From a virus: a DNA stretch of 64,000 nt. Both the position numbers and the translations under genes were made by a program. Numbering within the stretch: position 1 is the stretch's first letter; each line of letters begins with the position of its first letter. The DNA lies in the IMG/VR virus record IMGVR_UViG_3300034069_001196, positions 1 to 64,000 of that record. One strand, given 5' to 3'. The notes beneath the pieces are model-generated. The model saw nothing but the letters and a program-made list of their open reading frames with translations, was not told the origin of the DNA and searched no databases. Positions 32,885 through 41,900 of the stretch are shown here, piece after piece.

Positions 32885-33175
32885 ATGCTGCTGAGCGATG
32901 GTGAAACTAAAAACCGGTGGTGTCCATTTGGTCGGGGCTTAGTAGAAGTACGCCACAGCGTCGGCGGTGCACCGGTTCAAATCAGTAGCTGCAATCGCAG
33001 CGCGAAGGGCACCCCCACGGTTGCCTGTATTGGCAGCACCTGCATGGCGTGGAGGTGGGCTGGCTGGCGCATCAGGAATTACGACACGATCGCCCCTGAC
33101 CCTCACGATGATAATAAGGTTGGCGCTCGCCTCGGCTACTGCGGCCTCGCCGGCAAGCCTCACGGCGCGCCCTAG
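32885..33175 (+). CDS. hypothetical Cys-rich small protein
   Basis: RWCPF...CIGSTCMAWRW...GYCGLAG pattern, seen in many phage small proteins. Confidence 0.5.
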   Translation: MLLSDGETKNRWCPFGRGLVEVRHSVGGAPVQISSCNRSAKGTPTVACIGSTCMAWRWAGWRIRNYDTIAPDPHDDNKVGARLGYCGLAGKPHGAP

Positions 33176-33178
33176 GCC

Positions 33179-33595
33179 ATGTCACCGCGCGAAGACTCGC
33201 CTCCGCTGATCCTTCGGGTCACCCCCCGAGGGATCGTCCCAGCCAGCGCAATCGACGCTGAGGTGCTGGCGGGACTCCGGATCGGCAGCGACCTGCAGGC
33301 CAAGGTGCTGAAGGTCCAGCCAAGCAAGGCGCTGCGAGCGTATTGGGCACTGCTCACAGCCATCGTGAAGGCCGACGATCAATGGGTGACCGCTCGGGCA
33401 CTTTCGAACGCCATCCTCATCAAGTTCGGCCTCGTTGAGACAGAATTGTTGCTGAATGGAGGATGTCGCTTCGACCCTATGTCGTTGCGAGACTTCACTG
33501 ACGATCAGCTTTGGCTGCTCATCGAGAAGATAAAGCTGCTAACCGTCACCGAGATTTTGCCCGGCGTAGACATCGAAGATCTGATGCGAGGGTGA
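33179..33595 (+). CDS. hypothetical protein
   Basis: 138-aa ORF. Confidence 0.5.
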   Translation: MSPREDSPPLILRVTPRGIVPASAIDAEVLAGLRIGSDLQAKVLKVQPSKALRAYWALLTAIVKADDQWVTARALSNAILIKFGLVETELLLNGGCRFDPMSLRDFTDDQLWLLIEKIKLLTVTEILPGVDIEDLMRG

Positions 33596-33597
33596 TC

Positions 33598-34233
33598 ATG
33601 GGCTTACCAGTCGTAGTTCTTCCCGTTGGATCGCAGTACGGCAAATGGACGGTCTGCGACTATCCTGTGAGCAACGGCAAAAAGAGGATGCATCCATGCA
33701 GATGCTCCTGCGGGACGGAGCGACTAATTCAGGCCCATAAACTCGTAGCAGGAAATACGCTTGGTTGTTCCGCATGTCATATGGATCGGCTTCACGAGGC
33801 GAAGGTGACCCACGGCGCCTCACGTCCAGGTCCCGATAATCTCACGTACAGACGATGGACCGTGATGAAGGAGAGGTGCTCGAACGAAGCGCATCCGCAT
33901 TTTCATCATTACGGTGGGCGCGGAATTGTCGTCTGCGAGCGTTGGCAAAAGTTCGAGAACTTTTTCGCTGACATGGGTCATCCGCCAACGCCAGACATGA
34001 CGATCGAGCGAAAGGACAATTCCGGCAATTACGAACCAAGCAATTGCCGATGGGCCACGCGCAAAGAGCAGGTCAGAAATCGCCGTAAAACGGTAATGGT
34101 GGAATTTCGCGGATCGCGCATGGCGTTGGCAGACGCGGTTGAACTGGCTGGTCATGCTGTCCGCAGCCCTTTCTATCACCGCGCCTATCTTCGCATTCGC
34201 AACGGCGAGAGCGCAGACCTGGTGCTCGGATGA
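33598..34233 (+). CDS. homing-endonuclease-like / DNA-binding phage protein
   Basis: ATG at 33598. CRCSCGTE...CSAC zinc-like motif, then YGGRGIVVCERWQKFENFFADMGHPPTPDMTIERKDNSGNYEPSNCRWATRKEQ. GC content is visibly lower than the surroundings. Confidence 0.6.
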   Translation: MGLPVVVLPVGSQYGKWTVCDYPVSNGKKRMHPCRCSCGTERLIQAHKLVAGNTLGCSACHMDRLHEAKVTHGASRPGPDNLTYRRWTVMKERCSNEAHPHFHHYGGRGIVVCERWQKFENFFADMGHPPTPDMTIERKDNSGNYEPSNCRWATRKEQVRNRRKTVMVEFRGSRMALADAVELAGHAVRSPFYHRAYLRIRNGESADLVLG

Positions 34234-34742
34234 GGGAACGTCCGAAGCGGAAGGCCATCCCTGACCGCATCAAGCTGCAGGTGGTGCTGCGCCAGGACGG
34301 ACGCTGCCCGCACTGTGGTGAGCGCCTCGGCCCGCTGTCGGGACTAAACTTCGACCACCGACCTGCCATCATTAATCGGCCGGTGAACGAGGACGACACC
34401 GACTACGTGCCGCCTCAACTCGATCCGGAGTACATCGAGGCGATCCACGAACTGCCGTGCCACCGCGAGCGCACCATCGGCCGCGGCGGCGAGAAACGCA
34501 TCACGACTGCCGGCAGCGACATCGGCATCCGAGACAAGACGCGCCGCCTCGTTGAAGCACGCGAGGCCCGCGAGGCCAAAGCCTCAAATTTAATTTCGCC
34601 GAATTACGACGATGCCGAAAAAACAGATATTGCTGAAATTCAGAAATCGAGAAATGATCGGTCTCCCAAACGGAAACTCCGGAGCGCGAATCGCTGGCCT
34701 CCGAAGAAGATCCGTCAGCCCTACCGACGAAAGGGTGTCTGA
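34230..34742 (+). CDS. HNH-type endonuclease-like protein
   Basis: RQDGRCPHCGERLGPLSGLNFDHRPAI...HELPCHRERT. Basic tail. Confidence 0.6.
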   Translation: MRERPKRKAIPDRIKLQVVLRQDGRCPHCGERLGPLSGLNFDHRPAIINRPVNEDDTDYVPPQLDPEYIEAIHELPCHRERTIGRGGEKRITTAGSDIGIRDKTRRLVEAREAREAKASNLISPNYDDAEKTDIAEIQKSRNDRSPKRKLRSANRWPPKKIRQPYRRKGV

Positions 34743-34894
34743 TGTCGACTCTCGAAATGGTGCTCTGGGCCGCGCTGATCATCTTCCTTGGCGCACTCGC
34801 CATCGCCTGCTGCTGCTGCATGCTGCGACCGCCGCGTTGCGCCGAAAGCGACTTCCTTCTCAACCAGGCCGACGAGGAGGCGCGTCGTGGCTGA
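34742..34894 (+). CDS. possible 50-aa membrane peptide
   Basis: MSTLEMVLWAALIIFLGALAIACCCCMLRPP... Below the ORF-track cutoff. Confidence 0.35.
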   Translation: MSTLEMVLWAALIIFLGALAIACCCCMLRPPRCAESDFLLNQADEEARRG

Positions 34895-35096
34895 GGCGCA
34901 ATTCACCGCCGCCGATCTCGCCGAGTGCGCCGAGCGCGAGGTCCGTCAGCGTCAGTACGTCTACCCTCGCCGCGTCTCCAACGGCCAGATGACTCAATCT
35001 CTGGCAGATCGGCAGACCGCCATGATGCAGGCCATCGCCACGAAGCTCCGCGCCGAGGCTGATGACGAACGCAACGCTTCCGACCTGTTCGGCTGA
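34887..35096 (+). CDS. hypothetical small protein
   Basis: GTG at 34887, 7 nt after GAGGAGG. ...REVRQRQYVYPRRVSNGQMTQSLADRQTAMMQAI. Confidence 0.5.
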   Translation: MAEAQFTAADLAECAEREVRQRQYVYPRRVSNGQMTQSLADRQTAMMQAIATKLRAEADDERNASDLFG

Positions 35097-35107
35097 GAGG
35101 ATCACCC

Positions 35108-35530
35108 ATGTTCGTCGTATTCGACCTGGACGGCACCCTCGCGCTCACCGATCACCGGGCGCACTTCCTCCAGCAGCAGCCGAAGGACTGGCGCGGGTTC
35201 TATGCGGCCTGCGATCAGGATCAACCGTGCCAGCCCATCATTCAGGCGCTGCTCTCGTTCGATGATGACGGGCATGACGTCGAGATCTGGTCCGGCCGCT
35301 CGGATGAGGTGAAGGACAAGACGAGGGCGTGGCTCGCCGTCCACGGCCTTCGCAACATCCCAATCCGCATGCGCGCCGAGGGCGACCACCGCCCCGACCA
35401 TGTGCTCAAGGCCAAATGGCTCGACGAGGGTCGCGCGCCTGACCTGGTGTTTGAGGATCGAGCGAGCATGGTGGCGATGTACCGGGCCAGGGGCATTGTC
35501 TGCTGCCAAGTCGCTCCGGGGAATTTCTGA
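35108..35530 (+). CDS. stand-alone HAD phosphatase homologous to the 3'-phosphatase domain of T4 polynucleotide kinase-phosphatase
   Basis: DxDxT motif FDLDGTL at aa 5-11. The C-terminus FEDRASMVAMYRARGIVCCQVAPGNF resembles the T4 Pnkp end [25 protein letters not shown], recalled from memory. Confidence 0.75.
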   Translation: MFVVFDLDGTLALTDHRAHFLQQQPKDWRGFYAACDQDQPCQPIIQALLSFDDDGHDVEIWSGRSDEVKDKTRAWLAVHGLRNIPIRMRAEGDHRPDHVLKAKWLDEGRAPDLVFEDRASMVAMYRARGIVCCQVAPGNF

Positions 35531-35856
35531 TGGCGAAGGCCGTGAAATCCCTGCCTCCGCCGACCATGAAGGAGCGTGCGGCCGCCGCGCAGGCTCGCAG
35601 CGCATTAGTGTGCGCTCTGAATGGTGCGCCGTGGGGCGACGTTACCGTGGCGCACATTGACCTCAGCCGCCCGAGGCGAGGCCTGTGGATCCAGCGATGG
35701 TCCGGGGTGCCCGGCCTCTACGTGATGAACGGCGCTTGGTGCCACGACTCGCTGCCGGGCTGGCAATACCTGCGCCAGGAACTGGAGACGGAGATGGTCT
35801 CCGACCTGGAAGCTCTCGCTGAACGTGGCGTCCGGCCGACCGAGGCGACGCGATGA
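35530..35856 (+). CDS. hypothetical protein
   Basis: 108-aa ORF, start overlapping the upstream stop. Confidence 0.5.
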   Translation: MAKAVKSLPPPTMKERAAAAQARSALVCALNGAPWGDVTVAHIDLSRPRRGLWIQRWSGVPGLYVMNGAWCHDSLPGWQYLRQELETEMVSDLEALAERGVRPTEATR

Positions 35857-36758
35857 AGAAGCGGCTGCCCGACCTCGACCAAGCCTCGCTCGACTGCGTC
35901 CGCGAGATCTCAAGGCTGATCGGCGTCCGCAGCAACAGCGGCACGATGCAGATGCGAGCCACCGTGCAGATCATGATCCGCGAAAAAATGCGCGAGATCC
36001 TGCCGCCGAACGATCCCCGGAAGGATCGCGACTACCCCCTCACCAAAGGAGCAAAACCCGTGAAGCACGCACGCCCGGACTATGACCGCTTCCAGGATCC
36101 TGCCGGCCTGATCCCCGCCGACGAGCCCGTGTTTCTGCTCCGCGGGCAGGACTCGCTCGCCCATATGGCGGTACGGCACTACGCCTTCATGGCGCGTCAG
36201 GCGGGCGCAAATGACATCGCCTCGGCTTCCGAGCGGCAGGCTGAGGCGATGCTGGCTTGGGCGAAGAAGCTGCCGGACATGCCGGCGTCTGGCGATATGC
36301 CAATTCCGACCGAGTCGAATCTCGTAAATTACGCAAAGCAGGAATTGGCGCTGCTGCGCGGCCCCGCCGGCGAGCCTGACGAGATGCAGGATGCAATCGA
36401 GGCGAATGTCCTCCAGATGGTCGAGATTTTCTCCAGGGAGGGGCACAGCGGCTCATCGGCCGCATACACCATCGGCATCCTTGAGAAGGTGCTGCGGTTC
36501 GAGCCGCTAACGCCGCTGACCGGCGCCGACGACGAGTGGGTCATCCTCGACTACGGCCCCGAGATGGCTGCGCAGAATAAGCGCTGCTCGCACGTCTTCA
36601 GGCGCTCGGATGGGACCGCGTACGACTCGCAGGCAATTGTCTTCGAGGATCCGGACGGCACGCGCTGGAACACCAAAGACAGCAGCCGCGACATCACCTT
36701 CCCGTACACGCCCACGGTCGAGATCGTGAAGCGTGGGGCCAAGACGGTGGAGGGCTGA
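35853..36758 (+). CDS. hypothetical protein (301 aa); the central segment is paralogous to 40066-40290
   Basis: NYAKQELALLRG...VLQMVEIFSREGHSGSSAAYTIGILEKVLRFEPL compared with AYAKRELRHLPG...VLALVAVFQSQKHSGGSAQFVSDCLDRLLRWQSL. Confidence 0.55.
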   Translation: MKKRLPDLDQASLDCVREISRLIGVRSNSGTMQMRATVQIMIREKMREILPPNDPRKDRDYPLTKGAKPVKHARPDYDRFQDPAGLIPADEPVFLLRGQDSLAHMAVRHYAFMARQAGANDIASASERQAEAMLAWAKKLPDMPASGDMPIPTESNLVNYAKQELALLRGPAGEPDEMQDAIEANVLQMVEIFSREGHSGSSAAYTIGILEKVLRFEPLTPLTGADDEWVILDYGPEMAAQNKRCSHVFRRSDGTAYDSQAIVFEDPDGTRWNTKDSSRDITFPYTPTVEIVKRGAKTVEG

Positions 36759-36761
36759 CCG

Positions 36762-37286
36762 ATGGCCCGCTCCGCGCCCACTAAGGAGGACGTGTTCGCC
36801 GGAGGTCTGCGCGAGAGCGGGCATCTCAATTACGGACCCAATGGATTCGGATACACCTATCGCCACACGACGATCCCGCGCCTCTCGTGCATCGACCGCT
36901 ATTACAAAGGCGACGCGCTCATGAAGTCGGGCAAGTCGACTGCGCGGATATGGCAGGTCGACGGTGTAGAGGTCGCGGACCTGGAGGCCGCCCTCGAACG
37001 CCTGGCCAGCCCGCCGGTCCTGTCTCTCGGCGAATTCCTCGTGTTGCAGAAGGTGTCGTTCGAGCCCGACTGGCTCCGCGCGGTGCAGTCCCGAATCTCG
37101 GGAATTGCCGAGGAAGACGCGCCGGTCTGCCTGAATGACCACCCGCGCTATCACGGCGTCTTCTACGCGATCACCCGGCTCCGAGATCTCGGACTGATCC
37201 GACTGGAGCCACGCCCGGTCGAGCGGAAGGGCGATTTCGGCCCCCGCACCATGCCGACCATCCGCCGCGTCAACGAGGAGGCCTAG
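36762..37286 (+). CDS. hypothetical protein
   Basis: 174-aa ORF. Confidence 0.55.
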   Translation: MARSAPTKEDVFAGGLRESGHLNYGPNGFGYTYRHTTIPRLSCIDRYYKGDALMKSGKSTARIWQVDGVEVADLEAALERLASPPVLSLGEFLVLQKVSFEPDWLRAVQSRISGIAEEDAPVCLNDHPRYHGVFYAITRLRDLGLIRLEPRPVERKGDFGPRTMPTIRRVNEEA

Positions 37287-37288
37287 CC

Positions 37289-37552
37289 ATGCACATCGGA
37301 CGCATCACCGGGGCGACCCACAACCTCGGCGCACCCAAGGATTGGGATCCGGCGAAAGACGGCACCTGCGACGCCCTGCCGATCCGCGCTGAGCCGCATG
37401 GCGAGGATCTCCTCCGGATGTACTCGGCTTGGATGCCGACGCCGGAGGAGATCGCCCTCATCGCTGCCGGCGCACCCATCCACCTGATGGTCCTCGGCAG
37501 CTTCCACCCGCCGGTCATGCTGACCGTCGGCAATCCGCCATCGGAGGTCTGA
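37289..37552 (+). CDS. hypothetical protein
   Basis: 87-aa ORF. Confidence 0.5.
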   Translation: MHIGRITGATHNLGAPKDWDPAKDGTCDALPIRAEPHGEDLLRMYSAWMPTPEEIALIAAGAPIHLMVLGSFHPPVMLTVGNPPSEV

Positions 37553-37555
37553 GCC

Positions 37556-39211
37556 ATGCCGTCCACCACGACGACGACCGCAGAAGGCGGGGGAGACATT
37601 GCAAAGGCTCACGCCGAAGCGATCAGGCACACCGATTGGTGGAAGATCTCCGAGGAACAGTGGAGCCAGATCTATCGGGATTACCTGCCTGCCTTCGTCG
37701 CCGCCCTCGCCGCGCAATCGCCCCCGAGCCGGGGAGATGGGACGGCGGAAGGGTGGGTAATGCTGCCGCGCGAGCCAACCGAGGAGATGATCGCGGCTGC
37801 TCAGGCTGAATGTCACCGCATGGCAGGCGTGATTGATCCCGTGATGCACGTCTGGGACGCGTTCCTCGCCGCCGCGCCTGCCGCCCCCTCCGCAACCGAT
37901 GGGGAGGACGCACAGCGCCGGATCGCCTACGCCGAGCAACGGCGCGACCTCTACATCAACGAGGCGCAACGGCTGGCCCTGCTCGTCCGCAAGCTCGGAG
38001 GCGATCCCGAAGCCCCCTCCGCAACCGATGGGGAGACGGAGGCTGAAAAGCCTTGCCATTGGGGCGGCGGCAACGATGTGATCTGGTGCTCAACCTGCGG
38101 TGAGGAATACGCCTACGCCAAAGGCGAAAGCCGCCCGTTGTGTCCGCGAGAAGTGCCCGCATCGGTTGCGGGCGGTGGGGATGGGGGACTGGCGGGGCAG
38201 AAGCCGGTCGCGTGGTCTAGCGACATGGCCGCCGCACCAAGAGACGGGACAGTCATCCTGCTCTGGAAAGACGGCTGGGGCGACCCGAGCCCTGCATATT
38301 GGGGGCTGGCTCCCAAAGCCTACAGCGAGGTCGCCACGAAGCGGCACCCTTGGACATTCCTTGACGAGACGAACGGCTTAAACGGCTTTGAGGATGGCGC
38401 AGATGGGCCAAGCCATTGGAGGCGCCTTCCGTCGCCGCCTTCATCGCAAGCCCCCGCCGCCCCGGTGGGTGATCTGGCGGGGCTGAGCGAGCCCTACGAG
38501 CCGCTAACCATCTACTACCCGGATAGTGATGTCATCGAGTACCTACTCACGGACAGCGCCCATCTCTATCGCGAGATCGGCCACGGCGCCGCGTTAGTGC
38601 TCGACATGGATGGCCGGCACGTTGTCGGCTTTCGTATCCAGTCGCCGAAAACGTGGCTCTCCGCCCTCCTCCTCCCCGCCGCACACCGGCAGACGGTGAC
38701 TGAGGAGGAGATCGCGAGGGCGATCCGCAACGCTCTGACCGAGAACTGGGTCGAGGACGGCTGGAAAAAATGGGACGAAGATGTCCTGCTGACGGGCTGC
38801 AAGAAAGTGGGCGGAGGCAAGGGGTACGATAACCCCAAGCAAGCTGCCGACGCGCTGACGAAAGACGCTGCCCGCGCTGTCCTCGCCCTCCTCTCTGCCT
38901 CACCCGACGCCGTGAAAGTAGAGGCTCCCGATGGCTGGCAACCGATAGAGACCGCGCCGAGAAATGGGACGTGGGTGCTCATCTCGGGCGGCGATGTTTC
39001 CGAGGCTTGTCACGCGCAGGATGAATACGAAACACGGGGCGGCCCCGCTGTCGCTGCGTTCTGGCAGGGCGATGAAATCGACGATGAGGCAGGCTGGTGG
39101 AGCTATGCCTTTTGGGACATGAATTGGCGCAGTTCATTTGAGCGCCCGACCCACTGGCGCCCGTTGCCCGCCTCACCCGACGCCGTGCAGACGAACGGAG
39201 GCGAGCGATGA
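37556..39211 (+). CDS. multidomain phage protein with two DUF551-like C-terminal repeats
   Basis: ...DGTVILLWKDGWG...PSHWRRLPSPP and ...NGTWVLISGG...PTHWRPLPASP. Internal APSATDGE duplication encoded by a 23-nt direct repeat. Confidence 0.65.
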   Translation: MPSTTTTTAEGGGDIAKAHAEAIRHTDWWKISEEQWSQIYRDYLPAFVAALAAQSPPSRGDGTAEGWVMLPREPTEEMIAAAQAECHRMAGVIDPVMHVWDAFLAAAPAAPSATDGEDAQRRIAYAEQRRDLYINEAQRLALLVRKLGGDPEAPSATDGETEAEKPCHWGGGNDVIWCSTCGEEYAYAKGESRPLCPREVPASVAGGGDGGLAGQKPVAWSSDMAAAPRDGTVILLWKDGWGDPSPAYWGLAPKAYSEVATKRHPWTFLDETNGLNGFEDGADGPSHWRRLPSPPSSQAPAAPVGDLAGLSEPYEPLTIYYPDSDVIEYLLTDSAHLYREIGHGAALVLDMDGRHVVGFRIQSPKTWLSALLLPAAHRQTVTEEEIARAIRNALTENWVEDGWKKWDEDVLLTGCKKVGGGKGYDNPKQAADALTKDAARAVLALLSASPDAVKVEAPDGWQPIETAPRNGTWVLISGGDVSEACHAQDEYETRGGPAVAAFWQGDEIDDEAGWWSYAFWDMNWRSSFERPTHWRPLPASPDAVQTNGGER

Positions 39212-39486
39212 GCGAACAGTACATCGTTCTCTGCGGCGATATCGTCGGCAACATGCAGGACGGCTTCCAGACCATCTACGGGTGGGACGGCGACCTCTAC
39301 GACAAGCGCAAGGATGCGATCCGTGCCGGATGGAAGGAGCGCGGGAGCGACGACTTTAACATCGGCGTCGTTCGCGGGGGCCGGCTCGTCGGTCTGTGCT
39401 GGATGAACGAGCCGAACAAGGAACCCCCGGACGTCCTGCGCGAGATCGAGGCGCAGATCGACCTCTACGACGAGGAGGATGAATGA
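39208..39486 (+). CDS. hypothetical protein
   Basis: 92-aa ORF, ATGA-coupled. Confidence 0.5.
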   Translation: MSEQYIVLCGDIVGNMQDGFQTIYGWDGDLYDKRKDAIRAGWKERGSDDFNIGVVRGGRLVGLCWMNEPNKEPPDVLREIEAQIDLYDEEDE

Positions 39487-39860
39487 TGCCCTGCGCGCAC
39501 TGCGATGCCGACGTAGACGATGGCTGCACCGGATTGGCGTCAGCGGTTGACTGTCTTCTCACGCAGCTTCGAGCTTGCGTTAGTATGCGCCACGCGATCC
39601 GCGCGGACCTAGAAAGTCTAACGCGGGAGCTGTCGATTGTTCGAGCAACCAACGCTCGGCTAGATGCGACTCTCGGCAATATAGACGCTGAAAACACACT
39701 CATGAAAAGGGCGCTCCGCGAGATCGCGGAATGCACCGCACTTGTCTTTGACGAGACCGAAGAGCGCGAAGTGCAGGTGTGGATGGACGCAGACGATTGC
39801 CAAGAGATCGCGCGCCAAGCGCTCGCGGAAGTCGATGTTAGAGGCGGAGGCGGCCGATGA
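39483..39860 (+). CDS. hypothetical protein
   Basis: 125-aa ORF. GC content is locally lower. Confidence 0.5.
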   Translation: MMPCAHCDADVDDGCTGLASAVDCLLTQLRACVSMRHAIRADLESLTRELSIVRATNARLDATLGNIDAENTLMKRALREIAECTALVFDETEEREVQVWMDADDCQEIARQALAEVDVRGGGGR

Positions 39861-40069
39861 GCGAGCGATACGAGAAGGCCCGCGCCATCGCGGAGGCCGC
39901 TGCGAACCGCTGGGATAAGTTCGGTGATACCGCCGGGGTCGGATGGCTTGCCGATCAGATCCATCGGGCCATGACGCCGGTCGCTCAGCCTGATGACCGA
40001 AGCCTCTGCGGTTGCCGGATTGGTGAGTGCCGGTTCCTCACCGAGCGCTGCCGTGAGGTCGAAGTATGA
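39857..40069 (+). CDS. hypothetical protein
   Basis: 70-aa ORF, coupled. Confidence 0.45.
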   Translation: MSERYEKARAIAEAAANRWDKFGDTAGVGWLADQIHRAMTPVAQPDDRSLCGCRIGECRFLTERCREVEV

Positions 40070-40290
40070 GCGACCTCCTCGCATACGCCAAGCGCGAACT
40101 TCGACACCTACCCGGCGCCCGCTCTTACGAGCGCAAGATGCTGGAAGCCGACGTGCTCGCGCTCGTGGCTGTGTTCCAGTCGCAGAAGCATTCCGGCGGC
40201 TCGGCTCAGTTCGTCAGCGACTGCCTCGACAGGCTCCTGCGCTGGCAATCGCTGACGAGTGCGGCAGACAAGCATGAGGCCCGCCCATGA
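40066..40290 (+). CDS. hypothetical protein (HSG-motif domain, paralogue of part of 35853-36758)
   Basis: See the shared motif listed under 35853-36758. Confidence 0.5.
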   Translation: MSDLLAYAKRELRHLPGARSYERKMLEADVLALVAVFQSQKHSGGSAQFVSDCLDRLLRWQSLTSAADKHEARP

Positions 40291-40796
40291 CCGACCTCAC
40301 CACCGCCGAGGAAGGGGCGAAGGAGCCCGGCGTCGAACTGCTCGAAAAGTTCAGCAAGCTCACGATGGAAGATGCCATCCGAGCAGCGGTGCGATCCGAG
40401 TTGAGTTTCCGAGCGACGGAGGTTCGCCTTAAAGCCGCCGAGTCCCGCGCCGCCTCTGCCGAAGTGGAGATCGAGATGCTGAAGACCCTGGTTGCCGATT
40501 ACGAAGAGGCGATGGCCGACAAGCGCCGCCTCGCTCGGATGATCGACGTTGCCATGCACGGCGAAGAAGGCGCCGCGCTTCAGCCGAGCCTGTGCGATCT
40601 GGTTGGCCCCGCCTCTGCCCTCCGGGATCGTGTGGCGGCTTTGGAGGGCGCGCTGAAGAAGATCCGAGACAACGCCGAATATGGGCGCGAAACGTACAGC
40701 CAAGATCGCAGCGAAACAGGACGATCTCTCAGCCGATGCTGGGGAATAGTTCGCGACTACGCTGACGCCGTTCTCACCGGAGGCCCCCATGAATGA
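40287..40796 (+). CDS. hypothetical coiled-coil protein
   Basis: 169-aa ORF, coupled. Confidence 0.5.
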   Translation: MTDLTTAEEGAKEPGVELLEKFSKLTMEDAIRAAVRSELSFRATEVRLKAAESRAASAEVEIEMLKTLVADYEEAMADKRRLARMIDVAMHGEEGAALQPSLCDLVGPASALRDRVAALEGALKKIRDNAEYGRETYSQDRSETGRSLSRCWGIVRDYADAVLTGGPHE

Positions 40797-41145
40797 CACG
40801 GGACAGGACGACGCGCGTCGGGCGCTGGCGATCCGGTTGGCGACGAGCCTCGACGTCTCCATGCGGCATGAGATCGGGAAGCAAAAGTTCTGGCTCTCCG
40901 ACACGGAAATGGGACTGCTTCTAGACGCCCTCCGCGCATCACCGGAGCGCGCTGCTGAGGAGATGAGGGAACAAGCCATCGCAGCAGGCGAAGCTGAAAT
41001 CCATGAGATCAAGCGCCTCGGGGCCAATGCCGGGACATGCGCCGGGTATGGCCTCATCACCTGCAGCAACATCATTCACCGCATCAAGCGCCTCCGCGCC
41101 GATCCCCTTCCGCAGGAGACGGGCGACACAGGGGGGCGGCCATGA
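40789..41145 (+). CDS. hypothetical protein
   Basis: 118-aa ORF. Confidence 0.5.
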   Translation: MNDTGQDDARRALAIRLATSLDVSMRHEIGKQKFWLSDTEMGLLLDALRASPERAAEEMREQAIAAGEAEIHEIKRLGANAGTCAGYGLITCSNIIHRIKRLRADPLPQETGDTGGRP

Positions 41146-41363
41146 TTGGCTTCCCGATCCCCGGCACCACGAAGCACATCACGGGCGCCGTTTTCAGAAC
41201 GGATCCGAAGACCGGCACCCTGATCTGCGTCCATCCCGGCATCACGACGTGGAGCAGCGATTGGCCGGAGGATGCAAAGAAGCGTGTCGCTCACCTCGAA
41301 GGCCAAGTGGCCGAACTGCGTCGATTACTTGCGCGGCAACAGATGGGAGAGAGCGATGCGTAG
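41142..41363 (+). CDS. hypothetical protein
   Basis: ATG at 41142 (ATGA overlap). MIGFPIPGTTKHITGAVFRTDPKTGTLICVHPG... Confidence 0.5.
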   Translation: MIGFPIPGTTKHITGAVFRTDPKTGTLICVHPGITTWSSDWPEDAKKRVAHLEGQVAELRRLLARQQMGESDA

Positions 41364-41772
41364 CCTTCTCATGCTCGTCCCGCTCGTGGCGCTGTCGGCT
41401 TGCGGCGCGAGCGACATACCCCTGATCGGCCCCTGTTCGGCGTCCAAGCGGGTCGCCCCGGACAAGGTCTATCGCGACCTTGCCTTGACCCACGTCGTCC
41501 GCGCTCTCGACCGTGTGGACGATTATCCGCTGAATTCGGAAAATGAACGGGCGACTCGACTTCAGCGAATTGCCCAATATCGGGCAGTAGCAGTGCCACT
41601 GATAGCCGACGGGTGCCTGCGGGCGCACACCGACGAGTGGATCGGCTTCTACGAGAACAAGGTCCGTGGAATGACGGTCGGTGGCTACGACGTCAGTAGC
41701 TTCGAACGTCAGCAGGCCGAAAAGGAAGATCAGCGCCGCGCGCTCGCCGAGAAGCTGGGGGTGCGCCCATGA
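41356..41772 (+). CDS. putative lipoprotein
   Basis: MRSLLMLVPLVALSACGASD has a signal peptide with lipobox L-S-A-C. Confidence 0.6.
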   Translation: MRSLLMLVPLVALSACGASDIPLIGPCSASKRVAPDKVYRDLALTHVVRALDRVDDYPLNSENERATRLQRIAQYRAVAVPLIADGCLRAHTDEWIGFYENKVRGMTVGGYDVSSFERQQAEKEDQRRALAEKLGVRP

Positions 41773-41900
41773 CCCACTGGAAACTCGGCACTCTGTGGGC
41801 GCTCGTCGTGGCGCTCGACATCATGGCGCTGGCGAGCGGGGACGCAGTGTTCATCGCCGCCGGCATCCTCGGCTGCATGATCGCGGTGGCCCACACATGA
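41769..41900 (+). CDS. possible 43-aa membrane peptide
   Basis: MTHWKLGTLWALVVALDIMALASGDAVFIAAGILGCMIAVAHT. Coupled on both sides. Confidence 0.35.
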   Translation: MTHWKLGTLWALVVALDIMALASGDAVFIAAGILGCMIAVAHT

